Positions 18,678 through 29,509 of a stretch of DNA of 64,000 nt are shown here, piece by piece. Position 1 is the stretch's first letter. Each line of letters begins with the position of its first letter. The position numbers were made by a program, and so were the translations under genes. The notes below the pieces were generated by a model. The model was not told the DNA's origin, ran no database searches, and worked only from the letters and a program-made list of their open reading frames with translations. Source of the DNA: Planctomycetota bacterium (GTDB lineage: Bacteria > Planctomycetota > GCA-002687715 > DRQF01); the NCBI GenBank assembly GCA_027001995.1, contig JALTLO010000141.1:65336-129335 (forward strand), given 5' to 3'.

Positions 18678-19889
18678 TTAACAGCACTCCCCGGGTTCGC
18701 AGCATGATCCCCCGTCCAAGGCTTCTTGAAACTTCTTTTCCAGTTCTGAACTCAACCCGAGGTGTTCCGCTTTTGGCCCACAATCGAAGGGAATTTTCTT
18801 GGCTTCGTCTTCTAAGGCCGCTGTCACCATGAATTGACCAGCATAAGGAGCGCGCGTCAAAAGATTGGCGGTTTTCTCACAAACACGCTCCCACTTGCCA
18901 CGGACAAAAACATGGCCATCATCGTCAGCAACTTGGCTCATGGGACCTGTATAGAGAGCAGAACGGTAAGTTTCATAACATGGCCCGACTTTTCCCTTAT
19001 AAGCACGAATCGTCACAGAATGAAAATTGATGTCCTCAACCCGTTGCCAAAAGTAACTCTTCACTTCGGTCATGCCATGGAATCCCACAGCGGCAAAGGC
19101 TTGGTGAAATTCATGCCATTGGAAAGCCCCAGAGAGACAGCCTGTCCAAAGATTGTCATCCTTTTTCAGGTGCTCAGGGATAGGACGGTCGGCGACAATA
19201 TCTGAAATGGCAACAGAACCGGTCTTCTTGATGACCCGATAAATCTCTTGCATCAGTTGTTTCTTGCGATCGTCGTCCACCAGATTGAGGACGCAATTCG
19301 AAACCACCAAGTCGATACTTTCGTCAGGAATCATGACACACTGCTCAAGAGCCTGCTCAATTTCTTCCAAGGCATCATAGCTATCGATCTTGCGGTCCTG
19401 CGTTAGGCGAGCAAAGTCGTCCAAATCAACCTTCAGGTTCTCGATCAGACCACGACGAAACTCCACCATCGGTTTGGGGAAGCCCAAATTAACCATGACT
19501 TCAGGAATCGCCGCCCGGGACTTTTCAAGCATGGCAGGGGTCTTGTCGATGCCAATAACTCGGCCGTTGGGGCCGACTTTCTTAGCGATCATGAACACGT
19601 GTTTTCCAGAGCCGCTGCCCAGATCTAAGACTGTTTGCCCTTCTTCCGCATAGACCGTCGGGTCGCCGCAGCCGTAGTCGATGTCCAGAATAGACTGAGG
19701 GATGTGGCTCAAAGCAGCAGCGTCGTAGTCGACCGGACAGCATAGCGCTTCCTCTGATACGTCCGCTGCGGCACCATAGCGTTCTTGAGTGGCATCCAAA
19801 TCTCTTTGGAGATAGGCCACCTCTTTTTGGAACTGGTTCAGGCGTTCAATCCGCCGGGGGTCTAATGACTGAAAATCTTGGTTTGGCAT
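18678..19889 (-). CDS. Arsenite methyltransferase (ArsM/AS3MT)-like SAM-dependent methyltransferase
   Basis: ALCCP, YGCGDP, VLDLGSGSG, SNCVLNL, WTGCLSGA and a C-terminal CCxxxxCC. Confidence 0.8.
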   Translation of the reverse strand: MPNQDFQSLDPRRIERLNQFQKEVAYLQRDLDATQERYGAAADVSEEALCCPVDYDAAALSHIPQSILDIDYGCGDPTVYAEEGQTVLDLGSGSGKHVFMIAKKVGPNGRVIGIDKTPAMLEKSRAAIPEVMVNLGFPKPMVEFRRGLIENLKVDLDDFARLTQDRKIDSYDALEEIEQALEQCVMIPDESIDLVVSNCVLNLVDDDRKKQLMQEIYRVIKKTGSVAISDIVADRPIPEHLKKDDNLWTGCLSGAFQWHEFHQAFAAVGFHGMTEVKSYFWQRVEDINFHSVTIRAYKGKVGPCYETYRSALYTGPMSQVADDDGHVFVRGKWERVCEKTANLLTRAPYAGQFMVTAALEDEAKKIPFDCGPKAEHLGLSSELEKKFQEALDGGSCCEPGECC

Positions 19890-20153
19890 GACTGGGTGCT
19901 CTTCAATTCGATTTCTTGCGGGCCGCTTTCGAGGTCCAAAGGCAGGTTAACGCCCTGATCGAGAAATGGAAGATTGGAATTCTGGCATGGACAGGGAGAT
20001 GTCACCCCCTTGGCAACAAAAACTCGTGGCTGCCCAGGCAGAATCCCATGCAGAGGTTTACCTCAAGGCATCTCGTGAACCGAGCAAATCGTCGTTAGGA
20101 TGACCACCGTTTAGATACCACAATCATTTCAAGATCATTCTGGTGAATTGACC

Positions 20154-21521
20154 ATGGCGAATATCCACGAATCCATCCTGTCCTGCATTGGCAACACGCC
20201 CCTCGTCCGACTCAACCGCGTGACAGACGGCATCGTCACCCCGGTTTATGGCAAATGCGAGTTCATGAACCCAGGGGGCAGCGTCAAAGATCGCATTGGT
20301 CTTCCCATCATCGAAGACGCTGAAAAAAGAGGTGCCATTCGCCCAGGCGGAACGATTGTCGAAGCGACGAGTGGCAATACGGGGGTGGGTTTGGCCCTCG
20401 CCGCCGCTGTGAAAGGATACAAGTGTATCTTCACTCTCCCTGACAAGATGAGCTTGGAGAAGATCCGTTTGCTCAAAGCTACGGGGGCAGAAGTCGTGGT
20501 CACACCAACAGTTGCGCCAGATCACCCCGAATATTACACGACGGTCGCCAAGAACATCGTGAAGCAAACTCCCAATTCGTACTTTGCCAATCAATTCTAC
20601 AACCAGGTCAACCCGGAAGCTCACTACAAGTCCACGGGCCCCGAGATCTGGGAACAAACCAATGGCAAGATCGATGTCCTTGTCGGCGGCTCTGGAACTG
20701 GGGGAACCATCAGTGGCAGTGCCAAATTCCTCAAGGAAAAGAACCCGAACATCCGGGTCATCGGGGCAGACCCAGTGGGTTCACTCCTCAAAGGCTTTAA
20801 GGAAACCGGAGAGTTGGGGGAGGGTGAGATCTACAAGGTTGAGGGCATCGGCAATGACAAAATCCCCGAAACCACCTGGATGGAATATATCGACGCTTTC
20901 ATCTCGGTGGATGACAAGCAGTCTTTCAACATGGCCCGTCGGGTCTCTCGAGAGGAAGGTCTGTTTGTCGGTGGCAGCTCTGGCTCTGCCGTAACTGCTG
21001 CCCTCCAAGTAGCTAAGGAGCTCAATGACCCCAACAAAATGGTGGTGGTCATCCTTCCTTCAACCGGCGAGCGCTACCTTTCCAAATTCCACAATGATGA
21101 GTGGATGCAAGAAAACCGTTTCATGGAAGCTGGGGCCATTGACGTCCGCCGTTTACTCAACCAGAAATCAGAATCAAACCGCGAATTGGTCTGCGTCGAG
21201 AGCAGCAAGAGCATCAAAGCTGTTTTGGAGCTGATGAGTGAAAAGCACATTTCGCAAATCCCCGTCATCGAGCATGGGGAAAGCGTCGGTTCTGTTCGGG
21301 AGTCTCGATTGATGGCTCTTATTATTGAAAAGAATGCTTCTCTGGATGATAGCATTAACCAGCACTTGGAAGCGCCCTTTCCCGTCATTGGCGCCAATGA
21401 AACGATTGAGTTTGTGGGCCGACTCTTAGGTCGAGACAACCATGCTCTCTTGGTGAGGAATGGACCGGAAATCACCGGCATCCTCACCCGCCATGATGTC
21501 ATTCAAGCCATGAACGGCTAA
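20154..21521 (+). CDS. cbs: Cystathionine beta-synthase (PLP domain + CBS pair)
   Basis: NPGGSVKDR, EATSGNTG, GSGTGGT, VEGIG, GERYLSK and C-terminal CBS domains. Confidence 0.9.
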   Translation: MANIHESILSCIGNTPLVRLNRVTDGIVTPVYGKCEFMNPGGSVKDRIGLPIIEDAEKRGAIRPGGTIVEATSGNTGVGLALAAAVKGYKCIFTLPDKMSLEKIRLLKATGAEVVVTPTVAPDHPEYYTTVAKNIVKQTPNSYFANQFYNQVNPEAHYKSTGPEIWEQTNGKIDVLVGGSGTGGTISGSAKFLKEKNPNIRVIGADPVGSLLKGFKETGELGEGEIYKVEGIGNDKIPETTWMEYIDAFISVDDKQSFNMARRVSREEGLFVGGSSGSAVTAALQVAKELNDPNKMVVVILPSTGERYLSKFHNDEWMQENRFMEAGAIDVRRLLNQKSESNRELVCVESSKSIKAVLELMSEKHISQIPVIEHGESVGSVRESRLMALIIEKNASLDDSINQHLEAPFPVIGANETIEFVGRLLGRDNHALLVRNGPEITGILTRHDVIQAMNG

Positions 21522-21524
21522 CAG

Positions 21525-21949
21525 CGCTGACGAAATTGGGATGGCAGAGACGAAAGAACAAGCAGGAAAGGCCTTCGATCTTTTCATCGACAAATACAAA
21601 ACAAAGTACCCCAAAGCTGCGAACTGCTTGGCAAAAGATCGGGACGTGCTCCTGACCTTTTACGACTTTCCTGCTGAGCACTGGGGTCACCTGCGAACAA
21701 CGAACCCAATCGAATCGACTTTCGCTACGATTCGATTGCGTCACAAGCGCACCAAAGGATCAGGATCAAGAAAGGCTTGTTTGGCAATGGTCTTCAAGCT
21801 GGCGCTTTGCGCCGAGAAGAAATGGAGAAAACTCAACGGTGCTGCCCAGCTCCTCAAACTGGTCGCTGGGCATCGTTTTATTGACGGGATTATTGAGGAG
21901 AGGAGCGCCGCCTAATTCAAATCTCAAACACAACTCTTGAACATATCTC
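21525..21949 (+). mobile_element. IS256-family remnant A: transposase C-terminus plus right end
   Basis: KYPKAANCL..LLTFYDFPAEHWGHLRTTNPIESTFATIRLR (ORF 21541-21915). It is followed by CACAACTCTTGAACATATCTC, resembling an IS256 terminal repeat. The 5' two-thirds are missing. Confidence 0.88.
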
Positions 21950-22239
21950 ATCAGCGCCTTCATGACCAACAGTCCCGCTTCACCGCAAAGTGCCTCAATG
22001 GCACCATGGGTTGCAGCGAGAATCTGAGGAATGGGAAAGGCAAGCTGGATGACGCCATCTTGCGCCGAGACTACGCGACCCGATTCCTTCGTTATTGGCT
22101 TTCTTCTGGACTTGGTCGTCTTCTTGCGGTACTTCTTCTTTGACACGGTGGTTCCTCCTTGGGTTTCTGGTTGTGATTCAACTCCAGGTTACCCGGAACC
22201 ACCGATGTCATCTCATTTCAACGGAAATAGGGACATCCC
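21950..22239 (-). mobile_element. IS256-family remnant B: left end plus first about 65 codons of a transposase
   Basis: Left end GGGATGTCCCTATTTCCGTTGAA (minus strand from 22239), RBS GGAGG, and GTG 22146 giving ...IEALCGEAGLLVMKAL. It is cut exactly at the end of remnant A. Confidence 0.65.
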
Positions 22240-22282
22240 CCCGACATGGGCTAGATCCGACACCAAGTGGCCAACCATTCGG

Positions 22283-22726
22283 CTAGCTCGCATGGCTATC
22301 ATTTCCATCACTGGGCAGACTCGGTGTTTCCATGGATTGGGGCGCCTGAGTTCCAGCCGCTGGCTCTATGGTGCGCGTTGGCGACGGCGAATTGTTATCC
22401 CCCGTGGCAGGAATACCGGATTCCAGTTGCAGCTTTTCGTTGCCGGCTTGAACACGCTCTTTCATGAGGCGACCGGCTTTGAAATGCACAACCGATTTGC
22501 TGGGCACATCGACCCGCACACCGGTACGTGGATTGCGCGCTTTGCGCGCGGCCCTTGTTTTGATTTCGAAGACTCCGAATTCCCGAAACTCGAGTCGATT
22601 TCCCTGCGCTAACTCGTCAATGATCTCGTCAATGAAAGATTGGATGATCCTCTTGATCACAACCTTCTTTTGGCCGGTCTTTTCCGAGATGCGGTAGGCC
22701 AGTTCTTTTTTAGTCACCGTGGTCAT
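22283..22726 (-). CDS. HU/IHF-family DNA-binding protein with low-complexity C-terminal tail
   Basis: VTKKEL, GNRLEFREFGVF, RKARNPRTG and FKAG motifs; GGAGG RBS upstream. Confidence 0.93.
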   Translation of the reverse strand: MTTVTKKELAYRISEKTGQKKVVIKRIIQSFIDEIIDELAQGNRLEFREFGVFEIKTRAARKARNPRTGVRVDVPSKSVVHFKAGRLMKERVQAGNEKLQLESGIPATGDNNSPSPTRTIEPAAGTQAPQSMETPSLPSDGNDSHAS

Positions 22727-23001
22727 GCATATCCTCCGCGGCGCGAAAGTTGGTTGGATGGCGGTCACATACCGCCCTGATCTTGGTCCGAACTTTCATA
22801 AGCCCTTGATATCAATAGCACTATACACGAGCACGCGCGGAGGGATCAATTGCCTTTGCAAAATTCTTGCAGAACATCGCTTCGGCCTGATTCACAGAAG
22901 TCCTTAGAGAATCGAGTTTTAGGGCAAATCGGGGTGATCTCAGCACCGCCCACGCCGAGCAGGATCGTTCTAAGTCAATGCAAATGTGAAACTTAATAAT
23001 A

Positions 23002-23475
23002 TTACTGAAACCTGGATCCAAAGAGACCTCGCCAAACATCTTCTGGGGATGCGGCTCCTAAAAGTGCCCGGCGAATCTGAGCATTCGTGAAAGATTCCAC
23101 CGTTTCCGCCAAAAGACCCAGGTGCTGAGCACGCCCACTTTCGTTGTCCGCGAACAACAACATGAGGACAAAGACCGCTGGCTGCCCATCCATGGAAGCA
23201 AATTCCAGCCCTTGAGGAATGATGGCCAAGGCACCCACAGTGTCGATATCTTGCCCAATCATGCCATGAGGGATGGCGATCCCATCCTGTAGCCCGGTAC
23301 TCAGTTGGTTTTCACGATCCAAGACCGCTTGCAGTAAAGCTCTCTGATCAACAAATTCTGCACCTGGAAACCCCTCAGCGATCCGGGTGACCATGATGGC
23401 CAAAAGCTCTTCTTTGCTGCCACAATTCGGTCGCAGAAGGATTCGGTTGGGGCTTAAGATATCGATCAAACTCAT
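23002..23475 (-). CDS. PTS EIIA (Ntr/fructose-type) domain protein
   Basis: RENQLSTG...GIAIPHG with the phospho-His, and FASMDGQP. Confidence 0.9.
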   Translation of the reverse strand: MSLIDILSPNRILLRPNCGSKEELLAIMVTRIAEGFPGAEFVDQRALLQAVLDRENQLSTGLQDGIAIPHGMIGQDIDTVGALAIIPQGLEFASMDGQPAVFVLMLLFADNESGRAQHLGLLAETVESFTNAQIRRALLGAASPEDVWRGLFGSRFQ

Positions 23476-23820
23476 GAATTAGCGGATCCTCTTTTCGTGC
23501 TCAACAAAACATAGCAAAAAGAGGAGATACTCAACTTCCTTCGGTACAATCCCGATGAGAATAAATGTGACGAAACTCTAAACATATTGCGGATTTACCA
23601 AGTTCAGGGGAGGCGAAACTGAACTGAATTCGTTACTGTCACAACGTGTTGGTGAAGGACAAAGCAGCCAACAAGGGAAAATCGCGACTGAAAGTTCTGA
23701 TCTGGTTGGAATAGACCTGCTTCGGCGGCGTCTGACCTCGTTGAAGACATAGTTTTTCTAAGTCTCGTTCCCCAGTAGAATACGCCTCAAAGACCGGAAT
23801 ATCGGCGGAGACATTGTGAG

Positions 23821-26322
23821 ATGAAGATTTTTGGCGGCAGCACCGCTCTCCTCATGCTTGTTGTTGGTTTCTTGAGTTTGCCACTGATGGGGCAAGACGA
23901 AGGAGAATCGAACGAGCTTGCCACGAAGACAGACGACAACCGTTTTATCTTTGCTCTCTCAAAAGACGGCATGCCATTTGAGAAATTCGTTCAGTTAGCC
24001 TCCCAGCTCACTGGCAAAGCTTTTGTCTATGACAGTCGTCGTATCCAAAACAAGAAGATCAATATGATCGGCAAAAAGGTCTTGAAGCGAGAAGACTTGG
24101 TGTCTTTCCTTCAAGTGCTGTTCTACTCCCACGAGATGGCCATCGTGCCGGTGGGACCGCCGGAGACAGAAGTCTTGATGATTGAAGACATCAAGACCTC
24201 CCAATCGCTTAAACAAAAGGCGACCTTTGTCTCTCTGGAGGAGCTCGAACAAAAACGGCGGCGTGTTGGAGAAATCGTCGCGACAACGATTCGACTCCGC
24301 TATATCCCAGTAGAAAAAGCTCAAAGAGCGCTGGCAAATATCGTCACCGATCATCGTGCGGGGTTCGTCCACTCCATCGAAGAATCCAATTCCCTCTTGG
24401 TGGCTAACTTCGCACCCACAGTTTGGGCCATCTACCAGATGATCCAGGCCATGGATGTCCCTGTCCCAGAAAATGAGTTGTATTTCGAGCAGCTCGCTTT
24501 GGAATACCATGTTGCAGAAGACTTGGCCCCCATTATCGAAAACTTGATCGAAGTACGGGCCGAAATCAGCAACAGCGGCGGTAGCCGATCATCTTCGAGC
24601 CGAAACCGGCGCCCCACAAGTAGCGGTTCGAATCAGACGCCCGCACCCAAAATTATTGCCGACCCACGGAATAACACCTTGCTCGTCTACGCAGTGGACG
24701 AATACATGAGTGAGATCAAACGCTTGGTGCAACTCCTGGACACCGAAGTTTCAGAATCCGTCAGCAACATTCACTACTACGAGCTGAAAAACACCAACGC
24801 CGAAGACATCCAAGACGTCCTCACAGATTTACTCAGCAGCAGTAATAACCGGGGCACTCGGGGCTCAGGCTCTGGTGGTAGATCAAGCTCACGGTCCAAC
24901 AGCCGATCCAACACCAATCAAAACAATCAAAACGAAGTCAACATCGTTGCCGACCCCAACACCAATTCATTGTTGATCACCGCCACACGCAATCGCTTTG
25001 AAGAAATCGCCGACATCATTGCCAAGCTCGACAAACGTCGGCCACAAGTCTTGGTTCAGGCAGCCATCGCCGAGTTGTCGGACAACGATTTAGAAAATAT
25101 TGGTGTCGAAATTGCCCAGGTCGAAAACGGTAGCGATGGCCTTTTTGGCGTGAGTAACTTTGGCCTTTCCACCATCGAAGACCGCAATAGCGGCGCGACG
25201 GGAGGAACCGGAACTGGCGGCGGCAATGCCAACGGTGGCACAGCGACGGGCCTCAACATGTTGAGTGACCTTGTTCGTGTTCCCAATTTGGATGCCCAAG
25301 GTTTAGTCACCGGCGTTTTCACCAACTTTATCGAAGTGCCACTTTTGGTGCAGTTGTTCAAGCAAACAGTCAAAGGCAACTTGGTTTCCGTGCCATCTAT
25401 CTTGGTGAACGACAACCAAGAAGCACACATCATCGTGGGCGATGAAATTCCCACAACGGCTACGAACCAGGGTCAGTTCAGTGACCAGACTTCTTTCACC
25501 GGTTACCAACCTGCGAACCTGGAACTTTCGATTTCACCCACAATCTCCAACGACAACTACTTGAGGCTCAATATCTTCTTGCGCGTTCAAGCCTTTGTCG
25601 GAGTTCAGACCAACTCCAACGTGCCACCTCAGAGGTCAACGCGGGAGATTGAAACGAACATCACAGTCCAAAGTGGCCGCACAGTTGTGATCGGTGGACT
25701 CACCACCGACAACCTGCGCCAAACCGTGCAGGGAATTCCTCTTTTGTCGGACATCCCAGTCTTGGGTTACTTGTTCCGCAATACAGGAACCCAACATGAA
25801 AAAACAACCTTGTACGTCTTTATCACACCAACGATCCTCAATGACTTTGACGAACTCGAACGTATCTCCTATGAGCGCAAACTCGAAATCGCCAAGTTGG
25901 ACGGCCAAGTCAACATCGTTGATCCGGATTTCCGACAGTTGGAATTGGATGATGAAGAAATTAACATCGAAGCAATCGAAGCATCAGGCCACTTGGATCT
26001 GCCCCAATACAAACCGAGCATTACTCTGACTGACCCCAATGCTGGAGCTAACGCCGAAGGCATACCGGTCAAGCCCGCCCGACCGCTCAAGAAGTCGAGT
26101 GATGAAGAAGGGGACGATGAAGAAACCCAAGGGGACGGTGTCAAGGCAGGATCAGTTCCTGCGGGGGCCGATCTATTCTCAGCCCCGTTGACCATTGAAG
26201 ACGACGCTACAACAATTGCGGCTCAGAGCAGCAAAGTCGACAAAATGAAGACTAAGGCCGCTACTGCTGGCAAGCGTTTAGCTGGTGCAAAGCCGAAACC
26301 AGCCACGTCTGGTGGGCTTTAG
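23821..26322 (+). CDS. gspD: Type II secretion secretin
   Basis: Signal peptide, N-domain repeats (IIADPRNNTL, IVADPNTNSLLI), RRPQVLVQAAI and GIPLLSDIPVLGYLFR...LYVFITPTI. Confidence 0.92.
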   Translation: MKIFGGSTALLMLVVGFLSLPLMGQDEGESNELATKTDDNRFIFALSKDGMPFEKFVQLASQLTGKAFVYDSRRIQNKKINMIGKKVLKREDLVSFLQVLFYSHEMAIVPVGPPETEVLMIEDIKTSQSLKQKATFVSLEELEQKRRRVGEIVATTIRLRYIPVEKAQRALANIVTDHRAGFVHSIEESNSLLVANFAPTVWAIYQMIQAMDVPVPENELYFEQLALEYHVAEDLAPIIENLIEVRAEISNSGGSRSSSSRNRRPTSSGSNQTPAPKIIADPRNNTLLVYAVDEYMSEIKRLVQLLDTEVSESVSNIHYYELKNTNAEDIQDVLTDLLSSSNNRGTRGSGSGGRSSSRSNSRSNTNQNNQNEVNIVADPNTNSLLITATRNRFEEIADIIAKLDKRRPQVLVQAAIAELSDNDLENIGVEIAQVENGSDGLFGVSNFGLSTIEDRNSGATGGTGTGGGNANGGTATGLNMLSDLVRVPNLDAQGLVTGVFTNFIEVPLLVQLFKQTVKGNLVSVPSILVNDNQEAHIIVGDEIPTTATNQGQFSDQTSFTGYQPANLELSISPTISNDNYLRLNIFLRVQAFVGVQTNSNVPPQRSTREIETNITVQSGRTVVIGGLTTDNLRQTVQGIPLLSDIPVLGYLFRNTGTQHEKTTLYVFITPTILNDFDELERISYERKLEIAKLDGQVNIVDPDFRQLELDDEEINIEAIEASGHLDLPQYKPSITLTDPNAGANAEGIPVKPARPLKKSSDEEGDDEETQGDGVKAGSVPAGADLFSAPLTIEDDATTIAAQSSKVDKMKTKAATAGKRLAGAKPKPATSGGL

Positions 26323-26448
26323 GTACACACTGTCGAAGTGAAGGAACGTTTCCATCACTTGGGCAAACTTGTTTTCGCGTTGCGTCACGGGTCTTTGGGC
26401 TCGTGGCGCCACGTTGCTAAAGATTGATGACCAGGGAGTCATGGGACA

Positions 26449-28158
26449 GTGAACACGCAGATCCTCGACATACTCGAAAATTCCGGGAAACTGGACGAAC
26501 GTACACTTCAAGACTGTCTCCGTATCGAGAAAGACACCGGACAATCGTTAGACAAGATTGTCCAACGACGGGGAATCATGACGGAAGAGGAGTTCAACCG
26601 CCTCTACGCCGAAGCAGCCGGGATTCCTTTTAAGGATGTTCTGGCTGACACCAAGGTTCCTGAATCCTTCATCGATTGCATCCCACAGCAATTCGCCCGC
26701 AACTACACAGTCATCGGTCTCAAGTGCGATGGCGCGATCATGACCGTAGCGACTTGCAACCCACTCGACATTTATCCCATTGACGACATGGCTTCGATGC
26801 TCAATTTAGAGGTCGATGCAATTGTTGCCCCCCGCAATGAGATCACCAACCTGATCAACCGGGCTTACCGGGGCAAGAACGAGGTTGTCGATGAAGTCAT
26901 CGACGACTTAGAGGGCCAAGATTACGACGAAATTGCATCGATGGTTTCGGAGTCAGAAGATCTCCTCAACGTCGCCAACCGTGCGCCCATCATTCGCTTG
27001 GTCAATATGATCCTCTTCCAAGCTCTGAAGATGCGCGCTTCCGATGTCCACATCCAACCATTCGAAGACAAGGTGCAAATTCGTTATCGCATTGACGGCA
27101 TCCTCTACGACATGGAATCACCGCCCAAGAGCGTACAGGAAGCCATCGTTTCCCGGGTCAAGGTCATGGGCAAGATGGACATCGCCGAGCGCCGTATTCC
27201 CCAGGATGGTCGGGCCAGCATCAAGATTGGTGATTCCGAGGTCGATGTTCGTATTTCGTCGGTGCCCACCAACTTTGGCGAGCGTATTGTTATGCGTTTG
27301 CTCGACAAAAGCTCAGGAGTCTTCAAACTCGACGAATTGGGCTTCGATGTGAAGCAGCGGGAGTACATGGAAAAGATGCTCCACCTGAGTCATGGCATTG
27401 TCTTCGTGACCGGGCCAACGGGATCAGGTAAGTCAACCACACTCTACGCCGTTCTCTCCGGTATCGATTCCACCGAGAAGAATGTCATCACCATTGAAGA
27501 CCCCATCGAGTATCATCTTTCAACTATCAGCCAGATCCAAGTTGCTGAGAAAAAGGGACTCACTTTCGCCGCCGGTCTTCGTTCTCTTTTGCGTCAAGAC
27601 CCGGACATCATGATGGTGGGCGAGGTGCGTGATGAGGAGACTGCTCGCATTTCAATTCAAGCGGCTCTCACCGGTCACTTGGTTTTCTCTACTCTACATA
27701 CCAATGATGCCCCCGGTGCTGTGACCCGTATGGTTGACATTGGCATTGAGCCATTCTTGGTGGCTTCATCTTTGGTCATGATTATCGCTCAGCGACTTGT
27801 TCGTCGCATCTGCCCTGACTGTAAAGAGCTTTATGAGCCCACGGAGGCCGATGCCAAGGAAATGGGTGAATTGCGGTTGAGTCAAGACATGCTCCCAGAA
27901 GGCCTTCTCCCCCGCGGGCGAGGCTGCGACATGTGCTACAACACGGGCTATCAAGGCCGTGTGGCGATCTACGAAATGCTTCCAATCAATGAGGAGATCA
28001 AGGTTCTCATCATCGAGCGAGCCAACGCCACAGAAGTCAAGCGGGCGGCCATTAAGGCTGGCATGCGAACTCTGCGGCAAGATGGTGTCGAAAAAGTTAA
28101 GTTAGGTCTCACCACCATGGCGGAGATTATCCGCGTGACTCAAATGGACATCGAGTAA
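26449..28158 (+). CDS. gspE: Type II secretion/T4P assembly ATPase
   Basis: ASDVHIQP, DIAERRIPQDG, GPTGSGKST, LRQDPDIMMVGE, TGHLVFSTLH and a CxxC...CxxC Zn motif. Confidence 0.95.
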   Translation: MNTQILDILENSGKLDERTLQDCLRIEKDTGQSLDKIVQRRGIMTEEEFNRLYAEAAGIPFKDVLADTKVPESFIDCIPQQFARNYTVIGLKCDGAIMTVATCNPLDIYPIDDMASMLNLEVDAIVAPRNEITNLINRAYRGKNEVVDEVIDDLEGQDYDEIASMVSESEDLLNVANRAPIIRLVNMILFQALKMRASDVHIQPFEDKVQIRYRIDGILYDMESPPKSVQEAIVSRVKVMGKMDIAERRIPQDGRASIKIGDSEVDVRISSVPTNFGERIVMRLLDKSSGVFKLDELGFDVKQREYMEKMLHLSHGIVFVTGPTGSGKSTTLYAVLSGIDSTEKNVITIEDPIEYHLSTISQIQVAEKKGLTFAAGLRSLLRQDPDIMMVGEVRDEETARISIQAALTGHLVFSTLHTNDAPGAVTRMVDIGIEPFLVASSLVMIIAQRLVRRICPDCKELYEPTEADAKEMGELRLSQDMLPEGLLPRGRGCDMCYNTGYQGRVAIYEMLPINEEIKVLIIERANATEVKRAAIKAGMRTLRQDGVEKVKLGLTTMAEIIRVTQMDIE

Positions 28159-28161
28159 TCC

Positions 28162-29376
28162 ATGCCGATTTTTGAATATCGAGCCTATGACGAATCGGGC
28201 AATAGCCGTGTGGGTATTGTCGACGCAGACACGCCCGCGGCGGCAAGAACAAAGTTGCGCCAGGACCGGGTTCATGTCTACGAAATTGAAGAACTCAACG
28301 ATTCTAAAGGTACGGACAAGAAAAAGAAAAAGATTCGCTTGCGCCGCGGTGCAATCACGGAGCTATCCATTGTCACCCGGCAGTTCGCCACCCTCCTGAA
28401 CGCCGGTATCCCTGTTGTTGAGGCTCTCAAAGCCCTCATCGATCAGGTAGAAAGCCGTGACATTGAGCAAGTGTTTCGCGATGTAAGGGAGAAAGTCACC
28501 CAAGGCCAGACCATCGGCGAAGCCGTAGGCAACCACCCCGCTTTCTTCTCCAACCTATACATCAACATGATCAAGGCCGGTGAAGCCTCCGGCAACTTAG
28601 ATGCCATTATGATTCGCTTGGCCGACTACATGCAAAAGCAGAATAAGATGCGCAATAAAGTCGGGGCGGCCATGGCTTACCCGGCGGTCATGGTTGGCGT
28701 TGGTATCATCGTGGTCAGTATCTTGCTCACCGTTGTCGTCCCGAAAATCGAAGAAATCTTCCGGGAATCGGAGGCTGCCCTGCCCCCAACAACCGAGCTC
28801 CTCATCGCAACCTCCGACTTCTTGATCAATTATTGGTGGCTCCTCATTGGTTTCTTCGCCGCGATCTTCTTCTCCTTCAAAGCGTGGACACGCACGGAGA
28901 AAGGGATTGAGAAGTGGCACAAGATGCTCCTTCGCATGCCGATTTTTGGCATGTTGATGCGTAAACAAGCGATTTCACGATTCGCCACCACCATGGCAAC
29001 CCTCTTGGCATCGGGTCTTCCTGTACTCAATGCCCTGAAAATTGTGCAAGAAGTCATTCAAAACCGAATACTGGCCAATGCCGTCGGCGACATCCACGAG
29101 TCCATCGTTGAAGGCTCGGATATCTCCACCCCTTTGGCCAAGACCGGCATCTTTCCTCCCATGGTTGGTTATATGATCGCTACCGGTGAGCAATCCGGTC
29201 AATTGGAAGAGATTCTTTTCAAAGTGGCAGAGGCCTACGACGAAGAAGTCGACATCGCCACCCAAAAGATGACATCATTGATGGAACCTCTTATTATTGT
29301 TGCACTTGCAGTCGTTGTTGGCTTCATCGTCATCTCGATTGTGCAACCCATGATCCAAATGAGCGGCATGAACTAA
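28162..29376 (+). CDS. gspF: Type II secretion inner-membrane platform protein
   Basis: TRQFATLLNAG, GEASGNL, AYP, GEQSGQL and MEP motifs. Confidence 0.94.
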   Translation: MPIFEYRAYDESGNSRVGIVDADTPAAARTKLRQDRVHVYEIEELNDSKGTDKKKKKIRLRRGAITELSIVTRQFATLLNAGIPVVEALKALIDQVESRDIEQVFRDVREKVTQGQTIGEAVGNHPAFFSNLYINMIKAGEASGNLDAIMIRLADYMQKQNKMRNKVGAAMAYPAVMVGVGIIVVSILLTVVVPKIEEIFRESEAALPPTTELLIATSDFLINYWWLLIGFFAAIFFSFKAWTRTEKGIEKWHKMLLRMPIFGMLMRKQAISRFATTMATLLASGLPVLNALKIVQEVIQNRILANAVGDIHESIVEGSDISTPLAKTGIFPPMVGYMIATGEQSGQLEEILFKVAEAYDEEVDIATQKMTSLMEPLIIVALAVVVGFIVISIVQPMIQMSGMN

Positions 29377-29509
29377 TCCTTTGCGGAAGGATTTGCCAAA
29401 TTTTGCGTCTATAATGGTGCCTCAGCATTCCAAGTTGTACTCAATCATCTTGGAGATTGCCGAAGCGAAAACGGATGCCTTTCTCAAAGGCAAGTGATTC
29501 GAGAGAAAT

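Noticed and set aside
21766..22146. 126-aa minus-strand ORF as a real gene
   Set aside because: Chimera of an IS N-terminus reading into the antisense strand of another IS.
26404..26418. Sigma54-like site TGGCGC...TTGC upstream of gspE
   Set aside because: GG-to-GC spacing is 9 nt rather than the required 10.
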